Source of the DNA: Klebsormidium nitens
Lineage: Eukaryota; Plantae; Klebsormidiophyceae
Assembly (NCBI GenBank): GCA_000708835.1
Contig: DF236981.1
Coordinates: forward strand, 186,001-250,000
DNA length: 64,000 nucleotides
Direction of reading: 5' to 3'
In this document: piece after piece, positions 38,701 through 51,486 of the stretch
Layout of the letters: each line of letters begins with the position of its first letter
How positions within the stretch are numbered: the stretch's first letter is position 1
The notes under the pieces: model-generated
Seen by the model: the letters and a program-made list of their open reading frames with translations, nothing else
Database searches by the model: none
What the model was told of the DNA's origin: nothing
Made by a program: the position numbers and the translations under genes

Positions 38701-40817
38701 GAGGAAATGGCAGTAATACGATGCAGTTTGCGCGAGTGGATATTCAAAAGATTGCTCTTGCCTCTCGTAATCTTGTCTAAAGGAAGCCTCAAGCAGAGAG
38801 CAAAGAACCCTAACTTGAGTAGCTCAGTCGATGGTCGTGCATCGGATCTGATGACGACTGCCACCTCAGGGTTGATCAGTCGGCGGTAGATAATGTGGGA
38901 GACCAATGACGGACAGTCTCGTCCGGGTGCTTCCGCAGGCGGAACGTTCCGTTCGCTAACAATGGAAGGGCACCACAAGCTGCAGCAGTGGATCGAGCAC
39001 ACCATCACTCAGCAGGTGAGGAACGTCGCCCAACTCTTCCTGGAAAGGAACTTTCTATTGACATTCCGTATCGACCGGACCCCTGCTCATTGGCCAGTCC
39101 TCTCCAGTGTCGGCCCCTTTGATCAGTACGGACAGTATTTGCGGACCGTGTCAAGCTCGTGATACCTAGCATAACTTGGAGAATCTCCTCTGGTACTGCG
39201 ATGATCGACGCCGTATGCAGACCGCACCAACCCGCGAACTTTCGAGTCGAAAGTCTTGTCGAAGACTCTTTTCAGCTTGACACCTCGTTAAAGCGCAAAT
39301 AGGAACGCGTCGCCCTCGTGTCCAGGCCGCCGTGCACGGGTGCAACAGCTCGGTCGACTTCCTGGAGGACCGCCACCCGTCATACCCCCCCACCGTGAAC
39401 GACGCTGCCGCCACGGCATATGCACGCAGCATATTGGAGCAGTGAGCTTCCACGTGCCTATCCCTGAAGACCTCCAGCGCAAGGCAACAGATTTAAATAG
39501 GTTTCCTCATCTCGATTAGCGTCCGAGGTCCTGAGGTCTGCGAGTTTGTTGAACTGCGGCGCCCTGCAGAGGGCGTCATTTCGCCATTTTAGGTTATTGC
39601 GGCTGCGTTTTTGAATCGTGAACTTGAATCGTGAACCTAGTCGCAGCGCCTCGTGCTATCTGGGGTGTAACCTGGCGACACAGGCAGTCGTGACACTGCC
39701 TTTCTGGTCGTTGAGTGAAACTAAATCTGCCCTTGCATACTTTGGGAAAGGTTGTTGACACTCACTTTTCACACGACTCTTGCAATCAAAGCGGTTCTTG
39801 CAGCATGCGGCGCGAAATGTAAACTCGCTGATAGGCTTCTGGAACGTTACTCGAGGAAGGTTCCTGTGCAGGACTCTGGGCCTGCAGAGCGTCTTCCCCC
39901 AGGCCGCCCCGGAGATGGCCGCAGAGGACTTCGGCTTCTTCTCCCTCCGCTTCCCGTCCTGCTTCTGGCTGCTGGGCACGAGACATAATACCTCCAAAAG
40001 TGCCGCACTTCTGCACACCCCAAATGTGAGTTTGTAGGTCCATCTCGCGTCTCTCAGTCCGGCTCAAGATCGTGTTTCTTACACTTTTTGCAGGGTCGTG
40101 GGGGCAGAAAATGCACTACCAGGCACCCCCTGGATGGGCGCGGAAGACTTTGGCTTCTTCACGCAGCGCTTCCCGTCGTGCTTCTTCATGCTGGGGGTCA
40201 AAAAGCCGGGGACGGACAGCGCAGCAAAGCTGCACACCGGAACGGTGGGTGAATAGTCTTTGGGACATTTTGGAAGCTTGCAAGCCGCTGGCGCTTGTTA
40301 CTGCAATTGTTCGCATGTTTAAATTTGTGTCGTATTGCAGGCTTGCCTGAGTTCACCTTCTAAGTCGAATCGGATTCGACGATCTGTTCCTCGAAGCTTC
40401 GTTTTAAATCTCAGTGATTGGGCTGCCAACTCTGGTCGTAAGCGGACTCAGGATTCGTCATCTGGATCCGATCTCGCGTTAGTTTTATGGTTCGGGCAGG
40501 CCTACGACAGGCAGTGAAATAAACACAGCCTCTTTGGCAGTTTAGCCCAGCTACTTTTACAAGTCTTTTTAAAGAAAGGGTCCGTCTCAAGTCAAAGGTT
40601 TCTTCCGAAATCTTCTTGCTTCTATTGCCTCAAGCCTGCCTTCGCTAGTCCTCTGTCCGCTCCGCTTTCTGCTCAGTTCAGTTCCGCTGTCCCCCTGCAG
40701 TTTGGTCTCGACGAAGATGCGCTTCCAATCGGTGCAGCGCTTCACACGGCGCTCGCAGAGCAATACCTCAAGTCGGAGACCGAGCGCCGAACATCCGACA
40801 AAAGAGAAGAACTGTAG
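35734..40817 (+). CDS. ILR1-like: M20D amidohydrolase, IAA-amino acid hydrolase ILR1/ILL-like, with signal peptide and KDEL-like REEL C-terminus
   Basis: IRRELHQYPELMYEE, ALRADMDALPI, MHACGHDGHTSMLLGAA, FQPAEEGGAGA, FGLHV, GGTALNVLP, YPPTVND, AEDFGFF, LHT and DEDALPIGAALH...DKREEL*; hydrophobic N-terminus LTTTLLILSSFLLINQSVLC. Confidence 0.95.
39872..40025 (+). CDS. M20 gene duplicated exon copy A (154 nt): TLGLQSVFPQAAPEMAAEDFGFFSLRFPSCFWLLGTRHNTSKSAALLHTPN
   Basis: GTGCAG acceptor, GTGAGT donor, phase 2 in and phase 0 out, no stop codon. Confidence 0.85.
40094..40244 (+). CDS. M20 gene duplicated exon copy B (151 nt): VVGAENALPGTPWMGAEDFGFFTQRFPSCFFMLGVKKPGTDSAAKLHTGT
   Basis: TTTTGCAG acceptor, GTGGGT donor, phase 2 in and phase 0 out, no stop codon. 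Confidence 0.85.
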
Positions 40818-42373
40818 GTCACATTTGGGATCACCAATAGCACACCGCAGACGGCTTGGACGAAATTGTAGATATACAACAGCGCTGTATTGTCATCAGC
40901 CAATTCTCGCGACTCCGTTCCGTGTAGATATGAATCTGCTGAAAGGATGCGCTTTCATTCGGTTGAGGTGTGAGGTTTGGCAAGGGGTTGCCGAGGTGTT
41001 TGATTGAAGTGAACTGCTGGCGTCCGGAGCTTGCGCTCAATGAAGTACATTGGAATGGGGTCACGTTTTGTTCGGTTTGGGAAGCTACAATCAAGCAGCG
41101 AGACAGGGCCCTGACTTCGAATGGCTGAAACGTGAATGTAGATTTGACATATGCATGTAGACTCAGACGCGGTTGCAACACTCGACTGTTTGTTACTATC
41201 ATTGCTCGGTACGTGCCGCGGGCCTACATGAGAAATCCGCCCTTGTCGTTTATGTTGCAAACATGGTCGGTGTGCACCCACCATATATGCGCATGGGGCG
41301 CTCATGATGTGTGTATAATCTCTAGCCAAATTGCAGATCGAGGCCCCACTGCCGGGCATGACAGGCACTCATGAGCGTAAATCTTTTCGAGCAGGATTAG
41401 CATGTCATCATGTATGTAGAAGGTCGAATTCAAATGTAGACAAGACGTTGCCATGCTCACTAGATGCAAGATCGGACCACTATAACGCAATCTTCCCCAC
41501 ATCATACCATGATGTACTATATACCTATGATCATGGCTGGCTGTCGGGTGCATGATGGTGTGGATTTTTTGGCGCCAGCGTGCTTGTCAGGCCCGCCTTG
41601 CGTTTGCCCAGGCTGATCCCCGAAATACCATTTTCAAGGGGCCACCATGCGTTCGAACTTACATGATAGAAGTATATATATGCCAGGTAACTCACCGTGT
41701 AGACCACAGCTTCAGACGAAATGCTCAAATAAGCGGGGACATCACGAGCGGCCTTGAAGAACTCATACCCTTTATGGTGGCAGCCATTTCAAGCTGCCCC
41801 AAGTCGCCCCTGCATTGCACTGGCAGCAAGTCGCCTCACGAACTAGCTGGGCCCAAACTTTTCATGTGCAGCTTGCACTGCGGCCCCGGGCTCTTTACAA
41901 TCCAGAACCTTTTAAGGTTAACCCGGCACATACCGGGTGCCTGAATCGCGAGCGTCAACTAGGTATAGGTAGGTAGAAGTGTTGGGTACTGACTCCTGAG
42001 TCTTTGACGACTTCTAGAATCCGAGGTTTATATGTCTAACCCAAGCACAGTTTATCTTCGACCTGAGATTTGGTTACATACCTTCTGAACCCAGTGGTTG
42101 TTGGGCAAGGTTGACAAGCTGTTGCAGTGCATAGAAGTGGTGGTGCCCTGCATTTGGTGGCATTGAATACAGGGGAAGGTATCCTTGTCAATGTTGGAGG
42201 TGGCGCGAATGCAGGAGATTCGAACTTTTTGACGAGCTCGCAGATGCTGATCGGTGCCCGATCGACATCCCAACTCCTTCTTGACCTTGCGGCCAGGGGG
42301 CGCTTTGAAAGTTTGCAAGTTCAAACAAGCCCACCGTCTGGTGCTGAGCCCCTGAAAGTCTGCAAACGTTGCG

Positions 42374-45300
42374 ATGAAGGAGGTGGTCACGCTTCAGTTT
42401 GGAAACTATGCCAATTTCGTCGGGGCTCACTTTTGGAATTTTCAGGATGAGCTGCTTGGGAGATCTGAGAGTGCCACCGACCAGACTTCTGCAGAAGAAG
42501 GAACAAGGGCAGCTGATGTGGAGTCTGACGTGCTTTTCAGGGTGGGAGAGACGCATCAGGTAAGTCGAATTGTCAAAGCTTGGAACGGCCTGCCCCATCT
42601 TGCCATCAGTTGCATTGAAGGAGTACCACCCTTTTTTGTCGCAACTCAAAAGCAAAGAATGCTTACTCGATGAATGTGCTGCACAACCTGCTTATTTATC
42701 ATCTCAATAAGGAAGCCTTCTGGAGATTGTAATCCACAGGCATCTCAGATACTTGGAGGCAATGCTGACCTCAGAATACCCGTGCATGGGTGTCATGCAA
42801 GACCTAACATTGTGGAAGGTGGCTGTTTGAAAAGCACTTCAATGTTGTGGCCACATCAAGGAACTTCCAATTGCACCATTTGACCAACTTGTTCTGCATG
42901 GGGATGGAATACTCCTATGATGACCCAGAAAACTAAGGTGTTCTTGTCGGTGTCCTCTTCGCCGAATATAACTGAAGGAGAACGAGTTTCTCAATAGCTT
43001 CGAAGATACAGTGGGCCTCATCCTGCACTGCTGCCGCCAAGATGGCTTTCCTCTGCATGAGCAGGGAGCCGCGACCTACACCCCCCGCTTGGTGGCACTT
43101 GACGTGCGAGGCAGTTCAGGGACCATCCCCCCCTCTGGCGTTCTCTATCAAGCGCCCCTCCCGTCAGCAGACGAGTCCATTATCCAAACATGGGGGGGCC
43201 AGAAAGCTGTATACCGGTCACAGCCAATAGAGAAGAACGCCTTTTTGAAGAGCTTAGATGAGGAGGAGGATGGGGAATCAGCAGAGGGAGGTGCGCATGG
43301 AAGTGGAATGGAGGTTGATGGGGGGGCGGAAGCAAGGGAAGCTGACTTGGCAAGGGTGGCGGGCCTTGAGGATAGTGTGCAGTATTGGACGGACTACCTC
43401 AAGGTGAGTCCGGCATGTGTCACTGGCTAACCTTGTGCAAGGGCTTGACAAAAAGCTGGAAGAATCGACCAAAGTGCTGGCAGAGTAATAGACAGTCTTA
43501 ATATGCCAATCATCAGCTTCCATCCCTTGGCCCTCATAAACAGTGAAAGCCAGGCCATTTCAACGAGTTCTAAGTCCTTTGATCTGGATTCTTAGAACAC
43601 CACTGAGCTTGGCCTTACCATCACGTCTGTGAAGTACTCAAATACTAAGAGGTTCGTGGCACTTAGTACGCTGTCTCCCCCCCTCATTGTTATCTGCATC
43701 CCAAGACTCATCACATAGCTGAGTATTAAATTGTCAATGCAAACCAGAGTTTGAATCATCAGCGTGACCCGCAGAATCAGGCGCCTCTTATGATACAGGT
43801 TCACCTGCATCCAAAGAGCTTGTATGAGCTGCCTGACACATGGCAAGGGATGAACGAGCTGAGCACGTATGGTGAGGGCGTGGCGGCTTTCCAAAAGGAG
43901 GAGACCCGCGAGGAAATGGAGGAGAGGGTGCGCTTCTTTGCCGAGGAGTCGGATCACATGCAGGTGAGTTTTTCTGCGGGGGTGACTCTTACGGCTCGTT
44001 GCCTGTGTTGCAAAACTTGAACTTGAAAGCATGAGAAGACCGAAGCAAAGGACGCGGTCTAGAGAAGGAAACTCCGTCATGTCTAGAACCACCATCGACT
44101 TGGCCCTGCTCCTGCCAAGGAACAACGGTTCTGAAATTCCTAGTCGTCTGCAACTTGTGTATCATTCCACATGACTGTGCTTTGTTGATCGGCAGTGTTG
44201 CTCTCACTGCAAAAAGATGGAAATTGAAGGCGAAGATAGGCAGGCGCTCATATAGACTCTGTTGTGGAGAGCCTATGCGAAGAAAGGCTGTGATGGTGCA
44301 AAATCTGAGCTTGTGAAGCCCAGGCGGCGTTGTCGACTAACCTGAGGCCTTTCAAGGAACATTGAGCCGCATCCCTTCAAAATGGCACTCCGAGATCCTG
44401 TAGCTCGGATTCTTGGTTGGGTGACTGCTGGTCGTAATCTGACGTTGTTTGGCAGCATTTGTGGTCCCCTGAAGCAGCCCCAACATCTTCTCTGTGTTTG
44501 AGCACAGTTCGATCCTATCCAAGTTTTCTTCGCTGCGCCTGATTGGGGCGCCTTTGCTGGTGCGCTTCTCAACGCTTCGATTGTGCGAAGAAGGGAACCT
44601 CGCGCTTCTGTTTGCATCTTCAACAGAACCGCCTAGTGCTCATTGTTTATTCGCGAGCTTCGAGATGGGGTTTGCATCCTCTCACCTTAGACGTGGCTTC
44701 AGTGCACCGTTCCTGGCGCCCAATCCGTGCGGTCGGGAGCATTCGATCTGAGGCATGTCTGACCTCAAAGGACTTGTGGAGCGGTCCTGGGCTCAACACA
44801 TTCTTGGTATTCCAATCTCCACTACAAGGGGCAGCGCTTGTGATGGATACTTGAAAGGGCAGTGATGCATCTACCGACGGGCTCTCAGCTCACATCTGAC
44901 CTCGTAGTATAGTGAAGCCCTCCGAAGGGTTGCGATGGCAATGACGCGTGTAAGCTTTCAACACTATGTAAAGAACCAGTATTGCAACGTCTACTGATGC
45001 CATCAATGCTTTAGCTGAAGATTGGGTGAGAGGGTAAAGCTTTCATGCCCATGCCCCCTTCTGAGTGCGTCTGGTTTGTTGACAGGTTTCTCTTTGAACA
45101 CTGTCTTTTGGAAGTGGGTGTAATTATGACAAGCGCGTGGAGGTCCATCTCGGAAATGACTGCTCGTTGGTGGCCGTTTCAAAGGTTGTAGTGCTATGGA
45201 CAGACAGGCAATGCCGCTGCCTTTCTCTGAATCCGTGAACGTGTTTGGATGGAGGTGTCGTATTAACTGGTCCAACGTGCAAGACGCTTCAAAGCCGCAA

Positions 45301-48300
45301 TACCGACTGCGTTTTTCTAAAGGACACTACTGAAGAGGGCTGTGATGGTTTCCATATTGAGCTCATGCTCACCGATATGCTTTTGTTTTGAAGCCAATAT
45401 CAAACAGTGAGCCAAGATATCTGCTGTATGGCGGTAGAAAGATACACTGTCACCTTTGCCACTCATTTGCTGCAAGCTTGACGAAAGCACGAGGACAATT
45501 GCTAGGTAATGGCTGTTGGAAGCGTTCCGGACAGTCGAGATTGTACGATAGCCGCTCCCGCTCGTTCGTCAATTCCATCCGTTCCTGAGCATACATGTCG
45601 GGGTGGGTGGGGCCTTGAACTTGTCTCTGCCAATTGTCGTTTTGCTGCTCTTTAGCTGCCGAGATTGTCGGTCCTGAGTATCGTGACCGTCCTGTTGACT
45701 CTGGTGCAGTATTTGGGTCTTCGGTCTTGTCGATGGCTCTACAGCTGCGGTTTCTCTGCACTATAACCTTTTCTGCAGCCGCTTTCTGAAGTGCTGGGGG
45801 CGTGCTCTTCATGGTTCCTGCTTGGTTGTATGTCCAGGCTTCCGTTCTGTTCTGTCCTCCATCCCTGTCAGCACGACTTCCCCTTCGGACCGATGTTGCA
45901 TTCAATTACACCATGCTTAACGTCCTGCGGCATTCTGACAAATGAGGCGTCCCGAAATGACAAGATTGACAACCAACCATCAGCTCCCGACGCTGGTTAG
46001 GGCTGGGTTCGAAAACGTGACAATGTTTCGTGTTGTCGGAACGACTTAGCTTTGCCCGTCGTTTGATACTTATTGCACGGATTCCGTTTTGACCGGTGAT
46101 TAAGTGAGTGCATTCAGTACTGACTTGTTGTCAGTACTATTTCGGCCTTAATCGGATTCTCTCAGCAGCCAAATCACCCACTTTTAGGATCGTGGATCGG
46201 CGCTACTTGGTGCAAGTTTTTCCCATTTCCGAAGCATTTGGGGACTACATAGGATCCCCTCCTCGAGAGATCCTGTTCCTTCTGAAAGAGAAGGGATGAG
46301 ACTTGTAGATCCAGACCGGTTTTGGAATCTGAAAACGGCTGTGATGTTTCTGGACAACGAGCTTTGGAGCTCAAGTGCTCGATGAATCTGCCCGAGGCCC
46401 CTGTTCCTGAATCGAGTAAATCAAACTTGCGTGCAACCGTTTGTATCGTGGAGTAGTTTTTTGTTTCATAGACGCCGATGCGAATGCTTGAAGCCACGAT
46501 TATCATAGACACGAAGTTGCATTTGGGACTAGCTTTCGCAGTCCCTCCCTTTTTTATGTCACAAGGTCGGGTTCTCATCTCTGGCGCTGAGACTGAGTCA
46601 GGCACCATCTCCACAGGACGTCACGGTTGCAAATATCTGCCGTTGCCAAAACCTGCTGCGTCATTTACTCCGCTGCCTCTTTCTCCCTGGAGTCGGGTAG
46701 CCGCTGGTCTTTGTCCACTTAAGAAACAGGATCCGCTCTCCTTCCCAGCATTGCCTTGCGGGTTCGTGTTGCATGTCCCTTAACATACAGATAACGTCCG
46801 CAGCTTTTCAGGACATGCTGAGCGTCAGCTATATGCTGCAACGTCCCCAAAAAAAGCCGTCACTTGAGCTTTGTAAGGCAAGCCCATCTTCCACGGCAGT
46901 TTCTTTGAAAGGTGTAGATTCACCTGTTGCGCCCGCCTAACATGACGTCATATCTGCCACCGAATGTTTCCAGCTAGAAGGACAGACAGAAAGGGCACGA
47001 TGGTGGTTATCTTGAGAATTCAGGTTGAAGATGGTTCCCAAACTTGATGGGCATCTTGCAACTGGTCGAGTTGGCCTCGTAGCGGCAAGCCAGCCGTTCT
47101 TTCTTTTGCGTACGATGATCGTTCCGGCTGTCTGTTTCATATTGGTAATCAAACGAGTTAATCATCACACTCCGAAAGTTTAGAAGTCAACTACCGGGCG
47201 CTATGTCCTTTCTGCCTCTACGTTGGCTCTTACTGGCTCACTGCTGAGATGGATTGCTGAAAAGGCAACGATGCTCCTCGAACCTTGGAAGTTGTAGAAC
47301 GAGGGAGGCTGAGCCATGCAGCTCAAGCTCATTGTGGAGACTCGTCCGTTGTCGCATAGTTACAAGGCTCTTCTGAGTCGCGAGTTCAAGATCACGACGC
47401 ATTTCTGCCCACAGATGATTCCGACATCTGAGACGCCAAAGCGGAAAGCGGTGTGTCTTATTGGCACACCCCCAGCGAGGAAAGGCGACGAGATTGCTTT
47501 CCCAAGGATATCGCTCCGTTCACGCATCAATCTGGCGTGAGAGCTTTGCAACCGCATATCAGCGAAGCGGACTCAACGGATTTCGTGCGTGGACCAGCAC
47601 GGAAGGTCCAGCGGCGCTTGCACACTCTGGCTCCTCAGCAAGCTGAAAGCAGCACTCGGGCGCGCACAGAGTCACTGCCCACGATGTTCTTTGCTTTCGC
47701 ACCTAATTTGAGTTTCAAACCGGTGACTCACGTAAATTTAGTTCCCTGCAAACGCCGCTTCGCAGTAAGACGCACGGAAGTGAACAGTTCGAAGAGGTAG
47801 ATTGTGATGTTCAAAGCATCTGCGAATCTTATTTCGATCTTAGTTCTTAGTCGTTGCTTTGGCGATTTTCCTCGTAGGGCTTCCAGTGCATCGTTGACGA
47901 CTCGGGCGGATTTGCCGCCGTCGCGGCCGGGCTGCTCACCAGCCTTTCGGACGAGTACCCCCGCCTGCCACGTGTCCTTTTCGCCGTCCGGCCGCACACG
48001 TCACCCCGTCCGGCGTCCGCACTGAACGCGGCCGCAAGCGCGAATAACCCGCTGGCGCGCGCGCTGCACGAAGCGGTCTCGTTGGCGGCGCTGTCGAGGG
48101 CCAGTGACCTGTACATAAGCGACGGTAAGTCGGATACAGTTCGTGCCGTTCTAGAGTTGTGTTTCTGGAGGGATATAGCGGCTGTGAGATGCTTGCACGC
48201 TATGCGGACAGCTTCAGAATGATGCGCGATCGCAACAAAACGATGCAATGTACGGGAAGGCTTGTTGCGACTGTGCGTACAGAAGCATGACAAATCGCGG

Positions 48301-50126
48301 AAGTAGACCTCCGCCTCTGACTCACTCAAAGTCTCGGCACTTGTCCCGTCAGAGAGCTGCTTGTTCCGTCAAGTATCGTTCTCATCAACTCGAGTGATGT
48401 CCCCCATAGCGCGAAAGCATGTTTCCCCAACCACCAGCTGACACGGACTCCAAGAGTGGTTTGAGGTTGGTAGGTGCCCTCGTGCCCCGCTTCTGGCGCC
48501 CGCTTTGAGAGTGTTGCACATTCGGTTCCAAGACCCGAAGCTGACCTGTCGCGCCTCTCGCTTCTCGATATGCTCAAGCTCTCCGTGACCCATAGCTTAT
48601 CCGCCCACAGGTGCGTGTCTCCACCCCGACCTCTTCCCCCACCTGGCCCTCCAACCCTCCAAACCCTTCCACACGAGCGCCGTCCACGCGGCCGCGTTCG
48701 ACGCCTTCACCACGCCCTATCGGCTGCCGCCACGTGGCGCCTCATCCTACACCAAGAACGCCGAGCCCCTCGGCGCGCTCGACATGCGGGATCTCGTCCG
48801 GTTGCTCGCGCGAACGGACCGCCAGAAAGTCACGGAAGTGGCGCTCAGTTTTCCGGCACCAGGGATACCGAAAATGCCAGGACCCGATGCGCGGCTGGAC
48901 AGGAGCGAGAGCGCGAAACTGGGAGAGGGTTTGGGGGGTTTGGTGCGCAGCCTCGTGGTGCTGACGGACGAGGGCGCGCAGCCGGCCGCGGGGCCGTCGT
49001 TCGCGGAGTCGCTGGTATTCCGGGGAGCCCGATATGCAGGTAAGAGGGGATGGACTGAGATTGGAAGTGGTCAAAATCTTCCCGCCCTCGTCTCAGGGCT
49101 CGTGCAGGAGGGTCCCATTAATCCAGAATGCTTGTAGCAAGAGCGCAACTGTCGGACTAGAACATGCTCCGGTTGACATGCTGGTCCGTAATTTTAGGAC
49201 AGGTTTAGTACCTGCTTTCGTCGCACAATCTGCTGCTTTGCGATTCAGTTCGGGACTTTCTGTTGAGTCAAACGCCTGTGCCTCCAGCTGGGACTTCAGG
49301 AAACACATCTTGCAAGTTTACAGACTGATGTACGAAAATAGCTGTCCATCCTTGTCTCGTTCTTCGCCGTCGTTGTTGCTGTCATCCTTCGTTGTCTACC
49401 GGGCCCTTGCTGTCAAAGAACATATCTCAGATTGACCTGTATCGTCTCCATGCTTTTGAGTGGCCCCAGAACAGGCTGCTTAAAGGATTGTACCTCATCA
49501 CCGCGCACTCTTTCCTGCCATGCACAGAACCAATTCTTGAAAGGCTACTAATTTTCTTTAAAAGGCACCGTGTGCTGTCTGTTCCCAAGCTTACATGTTC
49601 ACTAGCTCGTTCATGGATTCTCATCGAGCAGGCCAGTCATTCTTCGCCACGTGTCTTTCTTGCAGACGGCTCCGGCCCCGTCCCTCCCCCTGCCGCCGAA
49701 AGCGCTTTGCACGCGTCGCTCGAAGCCTCCGGCAGCGGCCGGGCCGTCCGTCATTTCTCCGTCACTTCGACGCCTCTCCCCATTCCGCTGCCATTCCCCA
49801 AGATCTTCCGCCCGGAGGTCGGGCGTCATGGTGACGTCAGCACTGGCCGGACGTTGGAGACGGGTACCGTCAAGGGCGGGGTAGACGTAGAGTCGGTTCC
49901 GGTTATGAGTAGGTTAGCGGTAACCCCTCGGCTTGCTCCGATGCTGCGGAGCAAGCTGGAGGGTTTAGAGAGGTATGGAGGGTTTAGAAAGGGGACGGAT
50001 GGGGCTAGAATCTTAGAGGAGTGGGGATTTGGCGAGGAGGAAGCGAGAGAGATGCGGGATGGCTTGAAGGACATGGTGAAGGCGTACGAAGGAGTCGATG
50101 AAGAGGACTCCTTCGACAGCGATTGA
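42374..50126 (+). CDS. MSTO1: Misato/DML1 tubulin-like protein; exons 42374-42559, 43065-43403, 43799-43963, 47878-48124, 48611-49039, 49666-50126
   Basis: MKEVVTLQFGNYANFVGAHFWNFQDE, TYTPRLVALD, VQYWTDYLKVHLHPKS, RVRFFAEESDHMQ|GFQCIVDDSGGF, FHTSAVHAAAFD; splice phases are consistent. Confidence 0.95.
43964..47877 (+). other. Unusually long (3.9 kb) Misato intron 3
   Basis: GTGAG donor after DHMQ and CGTAG acceptor before GFQCIVDD split a conserved contiguous motif; no convincing exon was found between them. Confidence 0.85.
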
Positions 50127-51486
50127 GCAGAGTGATCATGAACTTAGCGAACGTTGTGTGTTTAAACGTGCAAGTGCAATGGTGCTTTTGAGATGGTCGG
50201 GCAACGGCCTTCTCGCATTGCTGGCGACTTTCGTCTACTAAAGAATGGTCTCGAGATGTGCACAGTGCTGAGTGGTATCCCGAAATCAAATAGGGTCTTA
50301 ATATATCGATGACGTCAAAGAAGAGCTTTGGGAAGGTTGCCGGGCTGCTGTGAAATTCATTGAGACCAGATGGATCTTGGGACTGCCAAAATCGGTTACG
50401 ATAATTATGGTATTGACTTGGAAGTCTGCTGTGTGGGTCCCTTGTATTTCCATCAGCTTGGCATGATCAAAGCGTACCGGGGGCCGTAATGGCAGGTTAA
50501 ATGAGATCTCAAAACACCGTGATATCATGGACGGTAATAACTTTGTTTAAGAAATGCAACATGCTCTTTTATTCGACTCAATCTGTCTCTGGACCGTACG
50601 GTCAGACCATCGCATCAACGTGGCCCACATGTGAAGTGCATGTACTCAAATCGCTGACTGAGCATGCAGATTCAAAGAGTTGGGAGTGCACGAAGCCCCA
50701 ACTTGCATGAAGCTCCACAAGCTCGACCTGCTAGGTTAAATTCCCCTTGCTGATTAAGACGACCGGCTAGCTCAACTATTGTGTTTAGATTGCAACGAAG
50801 CTATATTGGCCGGGCAGCTCCGCGAGAACGTAGGTTATTGATTGAAGCTCCCAGCGAGCCCGGCCTGATATAAGTTCACCATAGTACTGAGTGACTGGCG
50901 CGGGCGCGGCAGCGCCTGGCTGCAATCGGACCGGCCTATGAGTACGCGGCCGCCCCCTGATCAAGCGCGGCCGCCATCGACGCGGGGGTCTAGAACTCCG
51001 GACAAGCAATCAACCGCACGATCAAATATAATCGGACGGTGTCGGTGCGTTCTCTGACTTGGCGCGCGCGAAAGGAGTTTCAAGTTTTCGGTAGATCTGT
51101 TGTAGGCCTGGCCCTCAGCATGTCTTCGTACCTACTCCTACTCCTAGTAGGTACCTACCTGGTACTGTGGCTCCGCCGTCCCGTCAATGGTCATAAGTTT
51201 GAGACCTGCATGCATGGGATGAAGCTGAGCAGCATGGTGGTGACGATTTGCTAGCTAGCTTCTTCTGAAGCCTCGGTTTTACTGCGCCGCCTCATCCGCA
51301 TCGCTCTTTGCTTGCCCGCAGATGCCCCGTCCAGCTAGCAAGTCCTGCGCATTCTAACATCGTGCCTCTCTCTTGGTAAAATACCTAAGAACTTTGAACA
51401 CCATGAAGAGAGAGTAGCGTACTTCATTGACGTTGGTCGCATACACTGCCCAGCTTGAGCTCCATGTGAAACCCAAACTTCTAAAA

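Noticed and set aside
40195-40244. Apparent frameshift in M20 exon copy B
   Set aside because: Recounting the G run (CTG GGG GTC AAA AAG) shows the frame is intact; length 151 = 1 + 50 codons.
41100-42370. Minus-strand gene between the M20 and Misato genes, suggested by donor-like sites at ~42077 and ~41700 and weak NxDKxxPC similarity
   Set aside because: No open frame can be chained between candidate exons; the similarity is too short to be significant.
45450-46614. Nested protein-coding gene on the minus strand of the Misato intron
   Set aside because: The ORFs lack recognisable motifs, GC-rich codon bias and phase-consistent splice sites; kept only as an unexplained long intron.
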